Source: Candidatus Eiseniibacteriota bacterium
GTDB lineage: Bacteria; Orphanbacterota; Orphanbacteria; Orphanbacterales; Orphanbacteraceae
DNA length: 64,000 nt
Direction of reading: 5' to 3'
Assembly (NCBI GenBank): GCA_029262235.1
Contig: JAJCZU010000004.1
Span: forward strand, 771,330 to 835,329
Shown piece by piece: positions 10,137 through 19,606 of this stretch. The first letter of the stretch is position 1. Each line of letters begins with the position of its first letter. A program made the position numbers and the translations under genes. The notes beneath the pieces were generated by a model, which did no database searches, was not told the DNA's origin, and saw only the letters and a list, made by a program, of their open reading frames with translations.

Positions 10137-11084
10137 TTGAATCGATTCCTGTCCTACGGCATCAAGCTTCTGGTCACCGGTGGCCTTCTCTGGTGGGTGT
10201 ACCGCCAGCTGCCGATCGGAGAAGTGTGGCAGGCGCTGCGAGCCGCGGATCCCGGACTGCTGATCCTCGGCCTCGTCGCCACCACACTGCTTCGACTCAC
10301 CGCCGCCTACCAGACACGGCTCCTGACCGCGCAGCAGGGCATGACGATTTCGACGTGGCGGATCTGGGCCGTGAATTACGAAGCGGCGTTCTACGGGCTT
10401 TTCGTGCCGGGATACGTCGCGAGTTCGGCCGTGCGCTGGTATCGCATTGCGCAACCGGACGGCATGCGGATGCAGACCGCGGTCGTGATCGTGACGTACC
10501 GGATTCTGGACACCTTCGTTCTCGTTCTGACGGGGTTTCTGCTCTACGGACTCGATTCGAACGCGGAAAAGCCCCGGATCGTCGGTCCCGCCATGCTGAT
10601 CGTGCTCGTCCTGCTGGGCGCGATGTATCTTCTGGTGTTTAATCGTCCGTTCGCGCGATTCATCTTCAGAATGCTCGACCGGATTGCGCTGCCGGATTTT
10701 GTCGCGAGCCGCCTGCACAAGCTGAAAAGCGCCGCGGGTCTCATGCACGACCTGCCGCCGAAAACACACGCGCTCGTATTATTCTATTCATTCGTGAAAC
10801 ATTTCTGCACGGTGATTTCAGGGGTGCTGCTCGTCGCCTCGCTCGACACGAATCTGTCGATCATGACGAGCGCCTGGGTGCGTCCAGCCGTGTTCGTACT
10901 TACGATGCTGCCGATTTCGTTTTCGGGGCTCGGCGTGCGGGAGGGGGCGCTCTTCTATCTGCTCGACTTCTACCGCACAGAGCCGGCCGCGATCGCCGCG
11001 ATTTCTATCCTGTTCTTTCTGCCGCTTCTGCTCTCCGGGTTTGTCGGCGCCATTCTGGAATCCCGACGCTTCTTTCGCAGGTAA
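10137..11084 (+). CDS. Flippase-like / lysylphosphatidylglycerol-synthase-TM-domain (UPF0104) membrane protein
   Basis: 315 aa polytopic membrane protein with 8 or more TM segments; the N-terminal 'LLVTGGLLWWVYRQL' start is typical of the family. Confidence 0.6.
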   Translation: MNRFLSYGIKLLVTGGLLWWVYRQLPIGEVWQALRAADPGLLILGLVATTLLRLTAAYQTRLLTAQQGMTISTWRIWAVNYEAAFYGLFVPGYVASSAVRWYRIAQPDGMRMQTAVVIVTYRILDTFVLVLTGFLLYGLDSNAEKPRIVGPAMLIVLVLLGAMYLLVFNRPFARFIFRMLDRIALPDFVASRLHKLKSAAGLMHDLPPKTHALVLFYSFVKHFCTVISGVLLVASLDTNLSIMTSAWVRPAVFVLTMLPISFSGLGVREGALFYLLDFYRTEPAAIAAISILFFLPLLLSGFVGAILESRRFFRR

Positions 11085-11103
11085 ACGAATCAGCCGGGCA
11101 AGC

Positions 11104-13929
11104 TCACGGATTGATCTTTGCGCGCGCCGGTCCGAATTGCGGGTCGAGGGAAAGCGCGTTCTCGTAGGCGCGCATGGCGTCGCCCCTTCGGCCCGCGGCC
11201 TCGTGAACGAGGCCGGCGCGGTAGTGGGTCAACGGATTGCGCCGGTCAATACTGAGGGACCGCTCGAGCGCCTGCAGTGCGGGGCCGTGCGCACCCGCCC
11301 GCAGCGATGCAAGACCGTTTTCGCTCCAGGCAGTGGCTGCCGCGTGATCGATCGAGCGCGCGTGCCAGGCTTCGGCCCAGTTGCGGTGTTTCATGGCAGC
11401 GCCGGAGCCCACCACGACGAGAAGCGCGAGAGCGACCGGCGCGAGGGACGCGGACTGGAAACGGGGCGCGTGAGGCACCGCCCCCTCGAGCGCGGCGTCC
11501 TTGTATGCTGCCGGCTCATGGCGCGGAGGGCGGGGGGGCCTTGCGGGGAGCACGAATCGCAGGATCAGCAGAATGAGGCCCGCGCCGCTCATCATCAGTC
11601 CCTTCCGCATCCACGCGGGACGGTATTGCGCCTCGTACGTGCCCGGCACGGGAGCGGGGAATGCGAGGAAGAGTCCGTCGGCCTGGAGCGTCGTCAGAAC
11701 TTCGCCCGCGGGATCCGTAACGCGCCATCCCGGGTCGTACGTTTCCGCGAGCACGACGAGTCCGCCTCGGTCGACATCGACAAGTCGCGAGTTCGGCCCC
11801 GTGATCGTAAGCGGAAGCGGCCGGTTTGCGGCGCCCGGGAACGGCGGGCCCTGGAACGATGGTGTGCCGGGGAGCACCGGGGCGCGGTCGACGAACGTAA
11901 TGGCGCGCGGGTCGTGATCCTTCGCGTGGACCGCTCGCAGGAGGTTTGCGCGGTGCTGTTCCGCCCGCCATCGCAGCGAGAGCCGGGCGCGCGGCATCGG
12001 GTTCCTGTTTCGTGTGAGGAACAGCCCTCCCGGAAGGGGGGCGCCGGTCCGCGACGAAAGCGCGGCATCGACGCTCAGAAGGTCGAGCATACGTTCGCTG
12101 TACGCGGGATTCGGAACGCCGGACGTGCCTTCGGGAATGCCGACCCATTCGCGCCATGCGGTGGGAACGAGTGGGGTGAAGCCTTCGGCTGATTCCGCGC
12201 CGTAGAGGAGCGGAACGTTCGGAGTGAGTGACCAGCCGGCCGTACGATACTCGCTCCCGCCCGGCAGTTCCGCTTGCGGCTCTCCGCGCGCAGGCTCGCG
12301 CACGCTCCATCCCGGGGTGAAAGGGTCGACCCGGTCTCGCGCCGGGCGAAGCGTCCGGATTTCGTCGATGTCCCGTCGCGCAAACCGGGGGGCGTGATCG
12401 AGAGTTTCGAGAGCGTGCACTGCCGGCGGCGGCTCTGTTAGAAGCGCGGGATCGATCACGGGATTCCAGCCCCGCCCCCAGAGAAGCAGGTCGAGTGACA
12501 GGATCGCGAGGGGCGCGTAACGGAGCGGAACCGCGTAGCGAATGTAGGTGAAGAGTGCGAGAATGCCGATGCCCGCGCAGCCGAACACGATCGCGTGAAG
12601 CCGGTCGGCGCTCTGTGCATTCTGCAGTCGCGCGAGGCGCGCCGCCCAGTCGTTCGCGAGCGCGGATCCTTCGCCCGCAGCCGCGATCAGCGCTTCGCCC
12701 GGCGTCCCCCAGTTCCCCTGCGCCGCGATTCCGAGGAGCACGAGTGCGACCGTGCCGGCGCCCGCAACGGCAAGCGCCCGGCGCGAACGCCGGCGTACCG
12801 TCGCGTCGATCCCGCACCCGGCGAGGAGCGCCATGCAGAGCAGGAACGGCATCGCGAACCGGCCCGGAATGCGCGTGGCGTCCAGCAGCGGGAACGCGCC
12901 GAGGGCGTTCCACGCGAATCCGTAGCGGCCGATCATGACTGCGAACGAGAGCGCGGCCCCCGTGGCGAGCGCGAGGGGGACACGCCCGCGCAGAAAGAAC
13001 AGCCCGACGCAGACGCACGGGATCGCGCTTGCGCCGAAGTAGAAACAGGTTTCTGCATAAAGCGTCCAGTCGAGGCCCCCGTACCACGTGTCGAGCCGGG
13101 GTGTCCCCTGCAGATTCGGCAGCGCCGCGTGGAGCAGGTTCCACGGCGGGAGGGAGCCGAGGGATCGGAATGCTTCGCTCATGCCGGCGCTCCGCTCCGT
13201 TTCGCGAAGGAGCGAGAAAGTGGCCACTGTCTGGAACGCGCCCGCGAGAAGGCCCGCGCCGGTCGAATAGAGCACCCGCAGGTATCCGCGCATGCCGTAT
13301 CCGCCGCCCACTCTCGCAACCACGAGTGTGAACAGCATCGCGATCGCGGCGAGAATGGTGCCGTTCGGGTGCGGCGCGAGCGAAAGAAGCGTCCAGCCGA
13401 TCGCGAGAACGATCGCATGTGCCTTGTGCCCCTGCAGGGCGCCGAGCGTGCCCCATATGATCCAGGGCATCCAGGCTGCGCCGGCGAGAAGATTGAAGTC
13501 CGAAATATGTGTGACGAGAAAACCGGAGAACGCGTACATCGTGCCCGCGAACAGCGCGGACGTGTGACGTGTGTCCAGAAGCCGAGCCATCTGATACGCG
13601 CCGAAACCGGCCCATGCGAAGTGAAGAATGATGTCCCATGCGAATGCGAGCGTCGGCGGTAGAAGCGTGAACAGTGCGAAGGTGGTCGGGTAGAGCGGCG
13701 CGGTCTGCGATTCAGCGAACAGGGGATACCCGGCGAACATCCCTGACGTCCAGAGCGCGAAGTGGCCGCTCTTCAGCTGTTCGAACCACCACGCCCTCGT
13801 GGCGAACGAATGCATCCACGCTTCGTGATGGAAGAACGCTCCCCCGAACGCCGCCTCGCGAAAGAATACGATCGGAGCGATCAGAAAAAAGAGCGTGGCT
13901 TCGAACTGACGGCGGTTGATGCCGAACAT
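11104..13929 (-). CDS. YfhO-like polytopic membrane protein with C-terminal TPR repeats (putative glycan or protein glycosyl-transfer / polymerase-type membrane protein)
   Basis: 941 aa. About 14 TM segments at the N-terminus, then a large soluble domain, then C-terminal TPR repeats (RAGLVHEAAGRRGDAMRAYENALSLDPQF). Lies 9 nt downstream of the thioredoxin gene on the same strand. Confidence 0.6.
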   Translation of the reverse strand: MFGINRRQFEATLFFLIAPIVFFREAAFGGAFFHHEAWMHSFATRAWWFEQLKSGHFALWTSGMFAGYPLFAESQTAPLYPTTFALFTLLPPTLAFAWDIILHFAWAGFGAYQMARLLDTRHTSALFAGTMYAFSGFLVTHISDFNLLAGAAWMPWIIWGTLGALQGHKAHAIVLAIGWTLLSLAPHPNGTILAAIAMLFTLVVARVGGGYGMRGYLRVLYSTGAGLLAGAFQTVATFSLLRETERSAGMSEAFRSLGSLPPWNLLHAALPNLQGTPRLDTWYGGLDWTLYAETCFYFGASAIPCVCVGLFFLRGRVPLALATGAALSFAVMIGRYGFAWNALGAFPLLDATRIPGRFAMPFLLCMALLAGCGIDATVRRRSRRALAVAGAGTVALVLLGIAAQGNWGTPGEALIAAAGEGSALANDWAARLARLQNAQSADRLHAIVFGCAGIGILALFTYIRYAVPLRYAPLAILSLDLLLWGRGWNPVIDPALLTEPPPAVHALETLDHAPRFARRDIDEIRTLRPARDRVDPFTPGWSVREPARGEPQAELPGGSEYRTAGWSLTPNVPLLYGAESAEGFTPLVPTAWREWVGIPEGTSGVPNPAYSERMLDLLSVDAALSSRTGAPLPGGLFLTRNRNPMPRARLSLRWRAEQHRANLLRAVHAKDHDPRAITFVDRAPVLPGTPSFQGPPFPGAANRPLPLTITGPNSRLVDVDRGGLVVLAETYDPGWRVTDPAGEVLTTLQADGLFLAFPAPVPGTYEAQYRPAWMRKGLMMSGAGLILLILRFVLPARPPRPPRHEPAAYKDAALEGAVPHAPRFQSASLAPVALALLVVVGSGAAMKHRNWAEAWHARSIDHAAATAWSENGLASLRAGAHGPALQALERSLSIDRRNPLTHYRAGLVHEAAGRRGDAMRAYENALSLDPQFGPARAKINP

Positions 13930-13938
13930 CCGAGCCGC

Positions 13939-14529
13939 TTACTGCGCGCCGTAGTAGTCGGGTTCGTTCCCCGGCTTCCATTTTATATTGCAGCCGATGC
14001 TCGGCTTCTGCGACTCGTCCGAAGGCAGCGTGCGCGCTTCGATCGTGGCGTCGATCGCCTCCATCAGCTCTTCGCCTGTAATCGGCACGTCGTTCCCGGG
14101 GCTCGCGCCGTCCATGCGGCCGCGGTAGATCAGGCGCTGTCCCATGTCGAACACGTAGAAGTCGGGCGTGCACGCGGCGTGATACGCTTTCGCCACTTCC
14201 TGCGTTTCATCGAAGAGATACGGGAACGCATACCCCAAGGCCGCCTTCTCTTCCTTCATCTTCTCGGGGCTGTCCTCAGGATGTTTCTCGATGTCGTTCG
14301 CGTTGATCGCGACGAACGCGACCTCCTCGTCGATGTATTTGTCCGCGATTTCTTTGATCTTGTGCTGCACGTGTTTTACGAACGGACAGTGATTGCAGAG
14401 GAACATGATCACGAGCGCGCGCGCGCCCGCGAAATCTTCGAGCTTGACGATGCTCCCGTCGGTGTCGGGGAGCGCGAAGTCGGGGGCTGCCGTGATGAGC
14501 GGCAGCATGGTCGATTCTGTGCGAGCCAT
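13939..14529 (-). CDS. Thioredoxin-like (AhpC/TSA / redoxin) family protein
   Basis: The 'FLCNHCPFV' motif is a C-x2-C thioredoxin-fold active site; length 196 aa. Confidence 0.7.
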   Translation of the reverse strand: MARTESTMLPLITAAPDFALPDTDGSIVKLEDFAGARALVIMFLCNHCPFVKHVQHKIKEIADKYIDEEVAFVAINANDIEKHPEDSPEKMKEEKAALGYAFPYLFDETQEVAKAYHAACTPDFYVFDMGQRLIYRGRMDGASPGNDVPITGEELMEAIDATIEARTLPSDESQKPSIGCNIKWKPGNEPDYYGAQ

Positions 14530-14851
14530 GGCGAGGTCCTTTCGCTTATTCCCATAGGCCGAGGACGCGCTTCCGCGGTACTCTGGCCTTCTTCGGACGA
14601 ATTGTGATTCTCTTCAGTGTAGAAGGAATCCCCGCTCGAAAGCGAGTCTCTTTCGAAATGATCGCGCCAGCCGCTCTTTTCCGGCAACTCGCCGCCCGTC
14701 CGGCGGGATAAGGGGGAGACGGCAGCGGGGAGGGGCGGATTCGCCTTGCCACCCGGGTCCCGGGCTTGCCCTGACCCGTGCGGATCGACCTTCTTCGCGC
14801 CGTCCCATGGTACAATTCAGCTCGTTTTTTCACGCGATCAAAGGAGCGAGA

Positions 14852-15418
14852 ATGGACCGCGATCAAGCCTGGCAGATCGTCACCGAACATACGGAAAGTG
14901 AATCGCTGCGCAATCATATGCGCTCCGTCGAAATTGCCATGCGTGCGTACGCGAAGAAGCATGGCGAGGACGAGGAAAAGTGGGGCGTCACAGGGCTGCT
15001 CCACGACTTCGATTATGAGAAGTATCCGAACGACGCGCTTTCGCCGACGGAAGAGCACCCGTCGTGGGGCGTGAACTACCTGCGCGAACGCGGCTGTTCC
15101 GACGAAATCTGCGAAGCGATCATGGGGCATGCGCACTATACGGGCGTGCCGCGCGAGTCGCTGCTCGCGAAAGTGCTTTTCGCGACCGACGAGCTGACGG
15201 GGCTCATTACCGCGGTCACGCTCGTCCGCCCGTCGAAGAAGATCGCGGATGTAAAGCTCAAGTCCATCAAGAAGAAGTGGAAGCAGAAGTCGTTTGCGGC
15301 CGGCGTGAATCGCGACGAGATCGTCGAAGGGTGCGAAGCGCTCGGCCTCGATCTCGACGAGCACATGCAGTTCGTTCTCGACGCGATGAAAGAGCGCGCG
15401 GACGAAATCGGCCTTTAG
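14852..15418 (+). CDS. HD-domain (HDIG) metal-dependent phosphohydrolase
   Basis: H...HD...H...D motif pattern (SLRNHMRSVEIAM... LLHDFDYEK... GHAHY). ATG at 14852 with AAGGAG 6 nt upstream. Confidence 0.7.
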   Translation: MDRDQAWQIVTEHTESESLRNHMRSVEIAMRAYAKKHGEDEEKWGVTGLLHDFDYEKYPNDALSPTEEHPSWGVNYLRERGCSDEICEAIMGHAHYTGVPRESLLAKVLFATDELTGLITAVTLVRPSKKIADVKLKSIKKKWKQKSFAAGVNRDEIVEGCEALGLDLDEHMQFVLDAMKERADEIGL

Positions 15419-15465
15419 GAGTGGTAACGTGTTGACAACCGGCCCTGATTCGCCAAGATGATTTC

Positions 15466-16530
15466 ATGACGGAATCGAACACGCCGAAGTATCTGCAGCC
15501 GATCATGCTGTTCGCCCTGATCCTGCTCACGCTGTTTCTCGTGCTGATCCGCGACCTGATCGTGGGCCTTCTGCTCGGATTCATCGTGGCGGCGATCACG
15601 ATCAAGCTCTACGACGGCTTTCTGCGGATCTCGCGCGGGCGCGAGAGTCTCGCGGCGGGGCTCTCCGTACTCTTCATCTTTCTAATCGTCGTGGTTCCGT
15701 TCGGCTTCACGGGCTATCTCGTCGCGAACGATCTCTCCGGCTACCTCGACCCGAACGGCAAGCTGCGCCAGGACGTGATCCCGGCCGTCGAAAACCTCTG
15801 GGTCCGGTTTCTGCAGCAGGAGGAATTCCAGATCCTCGGGATTCCGATCAGCGTGACCGATCTCAGCAACAAGGTGCAGGAGTTCGCCACCAACGTCGCG
15901 CAGGTCGTACTCTCGACGGTGCGAAGAGCGGCGAGCAACATCACCGGGTTTCTGCTCGTACTGATCACGTTTCTCTACACTCTTTATTTCGGGTACCGCG
16001 ACGGACGCAAGTTCCTGTACTGGCTGATCGGCATTCTGCCGTTTCAAGCCGAGCGCGGGCAGGAGCTGATCCAGCAGTTTCATACGACCGCGCTCGCCGT
16101 GTTCCGCGGCACGCTCGTGATCGGACTCGTGCAGGGGATTCTCGGCGGCATTCTGCTCTGGGCAACCGGAGTGCCGACGCCGTTTCTCTGGAGCGTCGTG
16201 ATGATCGTGCTGTCGATCATTCCCGGGCTCGGCGTGCAGCTCGTGCTCGTTCCGTCGGGGATCTTTCTGATCGCGGGAGAACATGTGACCGCGGGGGTGA
16301 TCGTGCTCGTCGTGAGCATCGCCGTGATCGGCACCGTCGATAATCTGCTGCGGCCGATCCTGGTCGGGCGCGAGACGAAAATGCACGAACTGCTGATCTT
16401 CGTCAGCACGATCGGGGGCCTGATCGTGCTCGGCGCTCCCGGGCTCATCATCGGCCCGATCATCGCGGCCCTTCTGCGCACTTCCCTTCGCTACTATCAG
16501 GAGCATCGGGCGGAAATGATCGCCCAGTAA
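15466..16530 (+). CDS. AI-2E family transporter (PerM/YhhT, UPF0118)
   Basis: 354 aa with 8 TM segments. The C-terminal 'LRPILVG...ELLIFVSTIGGL..G..GLIIGP' signature is typical of the AI-2E family. Confidence 0.75.
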   Translation: MTESNTPKYLQPIMLFALILLTLFLVLIRDLIVGLLLGFIVAAITIKLYDGFLRISRGRESLAAGLSVLFIFLIVVVPFGFTGYLVANDLSGYLDPNGKLRQDVIPAVENLWVRFLQQEEFQILGIPISVTDLSNKVQEFATNVAQVVLSTVRRAASNITGFLLVLITFLYTLYFGYRDGRKFLYWLIGILPFQAERGQELIQQFHTTALAVFRGTLVIGLVQGILGGILLWATGVPTPFLWSVVMIVLSIIPGLGVQLVLVPSGIFLIAGEHVTAGVIVLVVSIAVIGTVDNLLRPILVGRETKMHELLIFVSTIGGLIVLGAPGLIIGPIIAALLRTSLRYYQEHRAEMIAQ

Positions 16531-16583
16531 GATCCGGCGGCTTCGCCCCACTCACTGCCAGGAATCGCCAGGGAGCCGACACC

Positions 16584-16835
16584 ATGATGCAGAAACTGAT
16601 GAACGGGATGATGGGGTCGTGCCGGGAGACGGCGCGGCTTGGAGTCGAGCGCCTTGTGCGTCCGCTGACCATCGTGGAGCGGGTCAGAATGACGCTTCAT
16701 ATGTCGATGTGCGGCATTTGTAAGGGGTATGCCCGCCAGATGGCGGCGATTCGCCGCGCCCTTGCCCGGGAGGACGCCTCGCTCTCGCGCGAGGCGGAAG
16801 AACGGATTGTCGAATCGATTCGAAAGGGCGCATGA
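16584..16835 (+). CDS. Small zf-HC2-like (anti-sigma-factor-type zinc finger) protein
   Basis: 83 aa; 'LHMSMCGICKGY' gives H-x3-C-x2-C, the putative zinc-finger motif found at anti-sigma-factor N-termini. No ECF sigma factor is adjacent. Confidence 0.4.
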   Translation: MMQKLMNGMMGSCRETARLGVERLVRPLTIVERVRMTLHMSMCGICKGYARQMAAIRRALAREDASLSREAEERIVESIRKGA

Positions 16836-16928
16836 GGGCCCGGGAACGCCCGGGAAAGCCGCCCCGCCCCGCCTATTTTATTGTCAGCCACTCCTCAAAT
16901 GTCGTAGGTTCTTCTCAAGGAGGATCTT

Positions 16929-17603
16929 ATGAAGGCTGCTCTTGCCCTCTACTGTCGCGAGCCGAAACCGGGTCATGTGAAAACGAGACTGGGAATCGAC
17001 ATCGGCGATGAAAGCGCCAGCGACTTCTACGAACGGTGCCTGGGACTGCTCCGGGATGAAGTCGACGCGGTCCTCGACCTCTACGATCTGATCATCTGTC
17101 CGAGCCACGGATACGAGGGGGCCTGGGCCCGCAAGTTCTTCGGCCGCAAGGAGACGCTCGTTCTGCCACAGGTCGACGGCAATCTCGGCACGAAGCTCAG
17201 CCAGAGCCTTTCGGATATTCGCACGGCCGGCTACAGCCCGGTGGTGTTCATCGGATCGGACGCGCCCTCGCTGCCTGTGCAGTTCCTGCGGGACGTGCAC
17301 GAGCTCGCGCAGCGGCACGATGTCGTGCTCGGTCCGACGGACGACGGCGGGGTATGGACGATGGCCGTCTCCGGACAGGCGCCGAGCCTGCGTGAGATTC
17401 CATGGAGCACCGAATTCGTGTTCGAGCGCCTGATGGCGGAGTCGCGCCAGGCGGGGATCTCGGTCGGCATCGCGCGCACCTGGTACGACGTCGATGACAA
17501 GCGGGGCCTTCGCCGCGCCGCCGTCGACCTCGACGCGAGCGAATCCACACAGCGACAGGAACTCGCCCACTGGATCCAGGGCATCATCAAAGGCGTGGCC
17601 TGA
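16929..17603 (+). CDS. DUF2064 (TIGR04282-type) glycosyltransferase-like protein
   Basis: 'ALYCREPKPGHVKTRL' is the hallmark N-terminus of DUF2064. AAGGAGG RBS 7 nt upstream of the ATG. Confidence 0.7.
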   Translation: MKAALALYCREPKPGHVKTRLGIDIGDESASDFYERCLGLLRDEVDAVLDLYDLIICPSHGYEGAWARKFFGRKETLVLPQVDGNLGTKLSQSLSDIRTAGYSPVVFIGSDAPSLPVQFLRDVHELAQRHDVVLGPTDDGGVWTMAVSGQAPSLREIPWSTEFVFERLMAESRQAGISVGIARTWYDVDDKRGLRRAAVDLDASESTQRQELAHWIQGIIKGVA

Positions 17604-17625
17604 GCCGTTTGCTCCCCCTATCCCC

Positions 17626-18483
17626 ATGAAAAAACGTTACGTCCTCCCGATTCCGATCTTGATTCTGCTCGCCGTGATCGCGGGATTTACTCTCGGCACT
17701 CTCGATCAAACCCTGGCTGACTGGGCCGCGCGCCTTCTGACGTACGTGCGCGGGCTCGGCGCGTGGGGTCCGGTTGTCATCGTCGTCACGATGATGGTCG
17801 TCTGCGTGACTTCGCTCCCGGGCGCCCCGCTCACACTGGGTTGCGGCTTTCTGTTCGGCGTATGGAAGGGGACGCTGATCGCGACGGCCGGCGCGACCCT
17901 CGGCGCGAGCGCCGCGTATGTTCTCGGCCGCACGTTCGCGCGGAACTGGGTGAAGCGAAGCATCAGCAGAAGGGCGCGTTTCGCCCGCCTCGACCGGGCC
18001 ACGCAGCATCACGGGTTCATGATCGTGCTGCTCTCGCGCCTCTCGCCGCTCTTTCCGTTCAACCTGCTGAACTATGCGTTTTCGGTGACCGCGGTGAAGT
18101 TCCGCGATTACTTTTTCGCTACGATGATCGGTGTGATCCCGGCGTGCTTCGTGTGGGTTTACATGGGCACGTTCATGAAGACGATCGCGGAAGTGGCGAC
18201 AGGCAAGGTCGACCCTTCGACAGTGAAGCCGTGGGTTCTCGTGCTGAGTCTCGTGATCACGCTCATCGCGATGGTGGTTCTGGCGTACGTTGCGAAGAAG
18301 ATGCTCGCGCGCGCGCTGGCGGAGGAAGTCACGCCGGAGGAAGCGGCCGCCATGGCCGAAGCGCTCGAAGGTACGAGCGCGCGTCACGCGAGTTCGCTGA
18401 GCGCGGAAGAGCTCGGCGAGGACCTCATCGAGTCGTCGAAGCGGATCGATCCTGTCGATCCCGCGCATCCCGACGGGTCTTGA
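17626..18483 (+). CDS. DedA / TVP38 / SNARE-associated family membrane protein
   Basis: DedA core (LPGAPLTLGCGFLFG...G...G..GR..AR). First plausible ATG at 17626 (MKKRYVLPIPILILL signal/TM); the upstream part of the track ORF is junk. Confidence 0.7.
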   Translation: MKKRYVLPIPILILLAVIAGFTLGTLDQTLADWAARLLTYVRGLGAWGPVVIVVTMMVVCVTSLPGAPLTLGCGFLFGVWKGTLIATAGATLGASAAYVLGRTFARNWVKRSISRRARFARLDRATQHHGFMIVLLSRLSPLFPFNLLNYAFSVTAVKFRDYFFATMIGVIPACFVWVYMGTFMKTIAEVATGKVDPSTVKPWVLVLSLVITLIAMVVLAYVAKKMLARALAEEVTPEEAAAMAEALEGTSARHASSLSAEELGEDLIESSKRIDPVDPAHPDGS

Positions 18484-18498
18484 GCGACGGGAAGAGCC

Positions 18499-19218
18499 GT
18501 GAAGGAATCCGCATCAGCCGCCGCTGCCCGCTCCCCGCGGCCCGCACGCGACCCTTACGTTTCGATCGTGATCCCCGTATTCAATGATTCCATGGAACTG
18601 GCCCGTCAACTGACCGATCTCCGCGCACACTTCGGCAATGTCGAGATCATCGTGTCGGACGGCGCGAGCTGGGACGATCCCGGTGCTGTGGCGGCCGGGT
18701 TCGACACGCGGTTCGTCGAGTCCGAGCCCGGACGCGGACCGCAGATGAACGCCGGCGCCGCGGCCGCGAACGGCGACGTGCTCTGGTTTCTGCACGCCGA
18801 CAGCGTGGTCGACCCCGGCAGCATCGGCGCGATCGAGCGTGCGCTCTCGGACCCGGACGTGATCGGCGGGGCGTTTCGCTTCTCGCTGGCGAAAAACACA
18901 TGGTACAAACCGATGCTTGACGCCTGCGTCGCGTGGCGAACGAACACCCTGCGGCAGGCGTACGGCGATCAGGGCATCTTCGTGCGCGCCGAAGTGTTCC
19001 GTCTGCTCGGCGGCTATCCCCCGATCGTGAGCATGGAGGATCTCGTATTCTACCGCCGCCTGCGTGAAACGGGACCGCTCGCGGCGCTCGACATCCCGAT
19101 CGGCGTCAATCCGAGGCGCTGGGAGAGCGACGGTTTTCTGCGCACCACCGCGCGCAATCTGATCGCCTGGTTCTGGTGGGATCTGCGCGGGAAGGGACGT
19201 GCGCGCGGCGGGGCATGA
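18499..19218 (+). CDS. Family 2 glycosyltransferase (TIGR04283-like, the usual partner of DUF2064)
   Basis: 'VSIVIPVFND' GT2 N-terminus, DGxxD / DxD-like segment 'IIVSDGASWD', size about 239 aa. Confidence 0.7.
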   Translation: MKESASAAAARSPRPARDPYVSIVIPVFNDSMELARQLTDLRAHFGNVEIIVSDGASWDDPGAVAAGFDTRFVESEPGRGPQMNAGAAAANGDVLWFLHADSVVDPGSIGAIERALSDPDVIGGAFRFSLAKNTWYKPMLDACVAWRTNTLRQAYGDQGIFVRAEVFRLLGGYPPIVSMEDLVFYRRLRETGPLAALDIPIGVNPRRWESDGFLRTTARNLIAWFWWDLRGKGRARGGA

Positions 19219-19273
19219 AGTCGGCTCGTCTACCTGTGATAAAATCACAGGCGATGAGCCTGGAGGATTCGGG

Positions 19274-19543
19274 ATGGAATTCGACCCCGTAGAAGCATTG
19301 ATTCTCGACCTGCTCGAGTGGATCGGCCCGCACCCCCGCGCCTACACGGAGGTCATGGACGCCTGGCGGACGTCGTGCCCGCGTCTCCCTGTCTGGGAGG
19401 AGGCGAACGAGCGCGGTTTCATCGGCAGCGGTACGGGAGGGAGCACGGAGGGAAGCGCCGGGGGGGCTGAAACGGGCGAATTCGTCACCGTAACGAGCCG
19501 GGGGGCCGCGTTCCTGGCAGAGCACCGCAGAGCCTTCAGTTAA
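19274..19543 (+). CDS. Small hypothetical protein
   Basis: ATG at 19274 (MEFDPVEALILDLLEWIGP...), 89 aa with non-degenerate composition. Weakly supported. Confidence 0.25.
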   Translation: MEFDPVEALILDLLEWIGPHPRAYTEVMDAWRTSCPRLPVWEEANERGFIGSGTGGSTEGSAGGAETGEFVTVTSRGAAFLAEHRRAFS

Positions 19544-19559
19544 AATTGTCGGTATTATT

Positions 19560-19606
19560 AAATTAAAAATATTGACAAAATCAAATAAACGGCTTACTGT
19601 TCGTGC
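19560..19606 (+). promoter_or_regulatory. Sigma-70-like promoter in a 65-bp AT-rich island; possibly drives a leaderless ArsR transcript
   Basis: TTGACA (19572-19577), 17-nt spacer, TACTGT (19595-19600). The ATG of the ArsR gene lies only 7 nt downstream. Local GC content is far below the genomic background. Confidence 0.5.

Noticed and set aside
9717-10769. Full 350-aa track ORF containing the DUF423 protein
   Set aside because: Only the C-terminal 128 aa is hydrophobic and DUF423-like. The N-terminal 220 aa is charged, low-complexity, and overlaps the convergent flippase-like gene.
11516-13662. Long ORFs (707 aa on the minus strand; 355 aa on the plus strand) overlapping the YfhO-like gene
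   Set aside because: Extreme Arg/Pro/Ala/Gly composition with no hydrophobic core or motifs. They lie antisense to, or frame-shifted from, a well-supported membrane-protein gene. These are high-GC open-frame artefacts.
14546-15364. 272-aa minus-strand ORF across the HD-domain gene, and 13762..14607 (+) across the thioredoxin gene
   Set aside because: Antisense to genes with clear motifs (CPFV thioredoxin; HD); Arg-rich.
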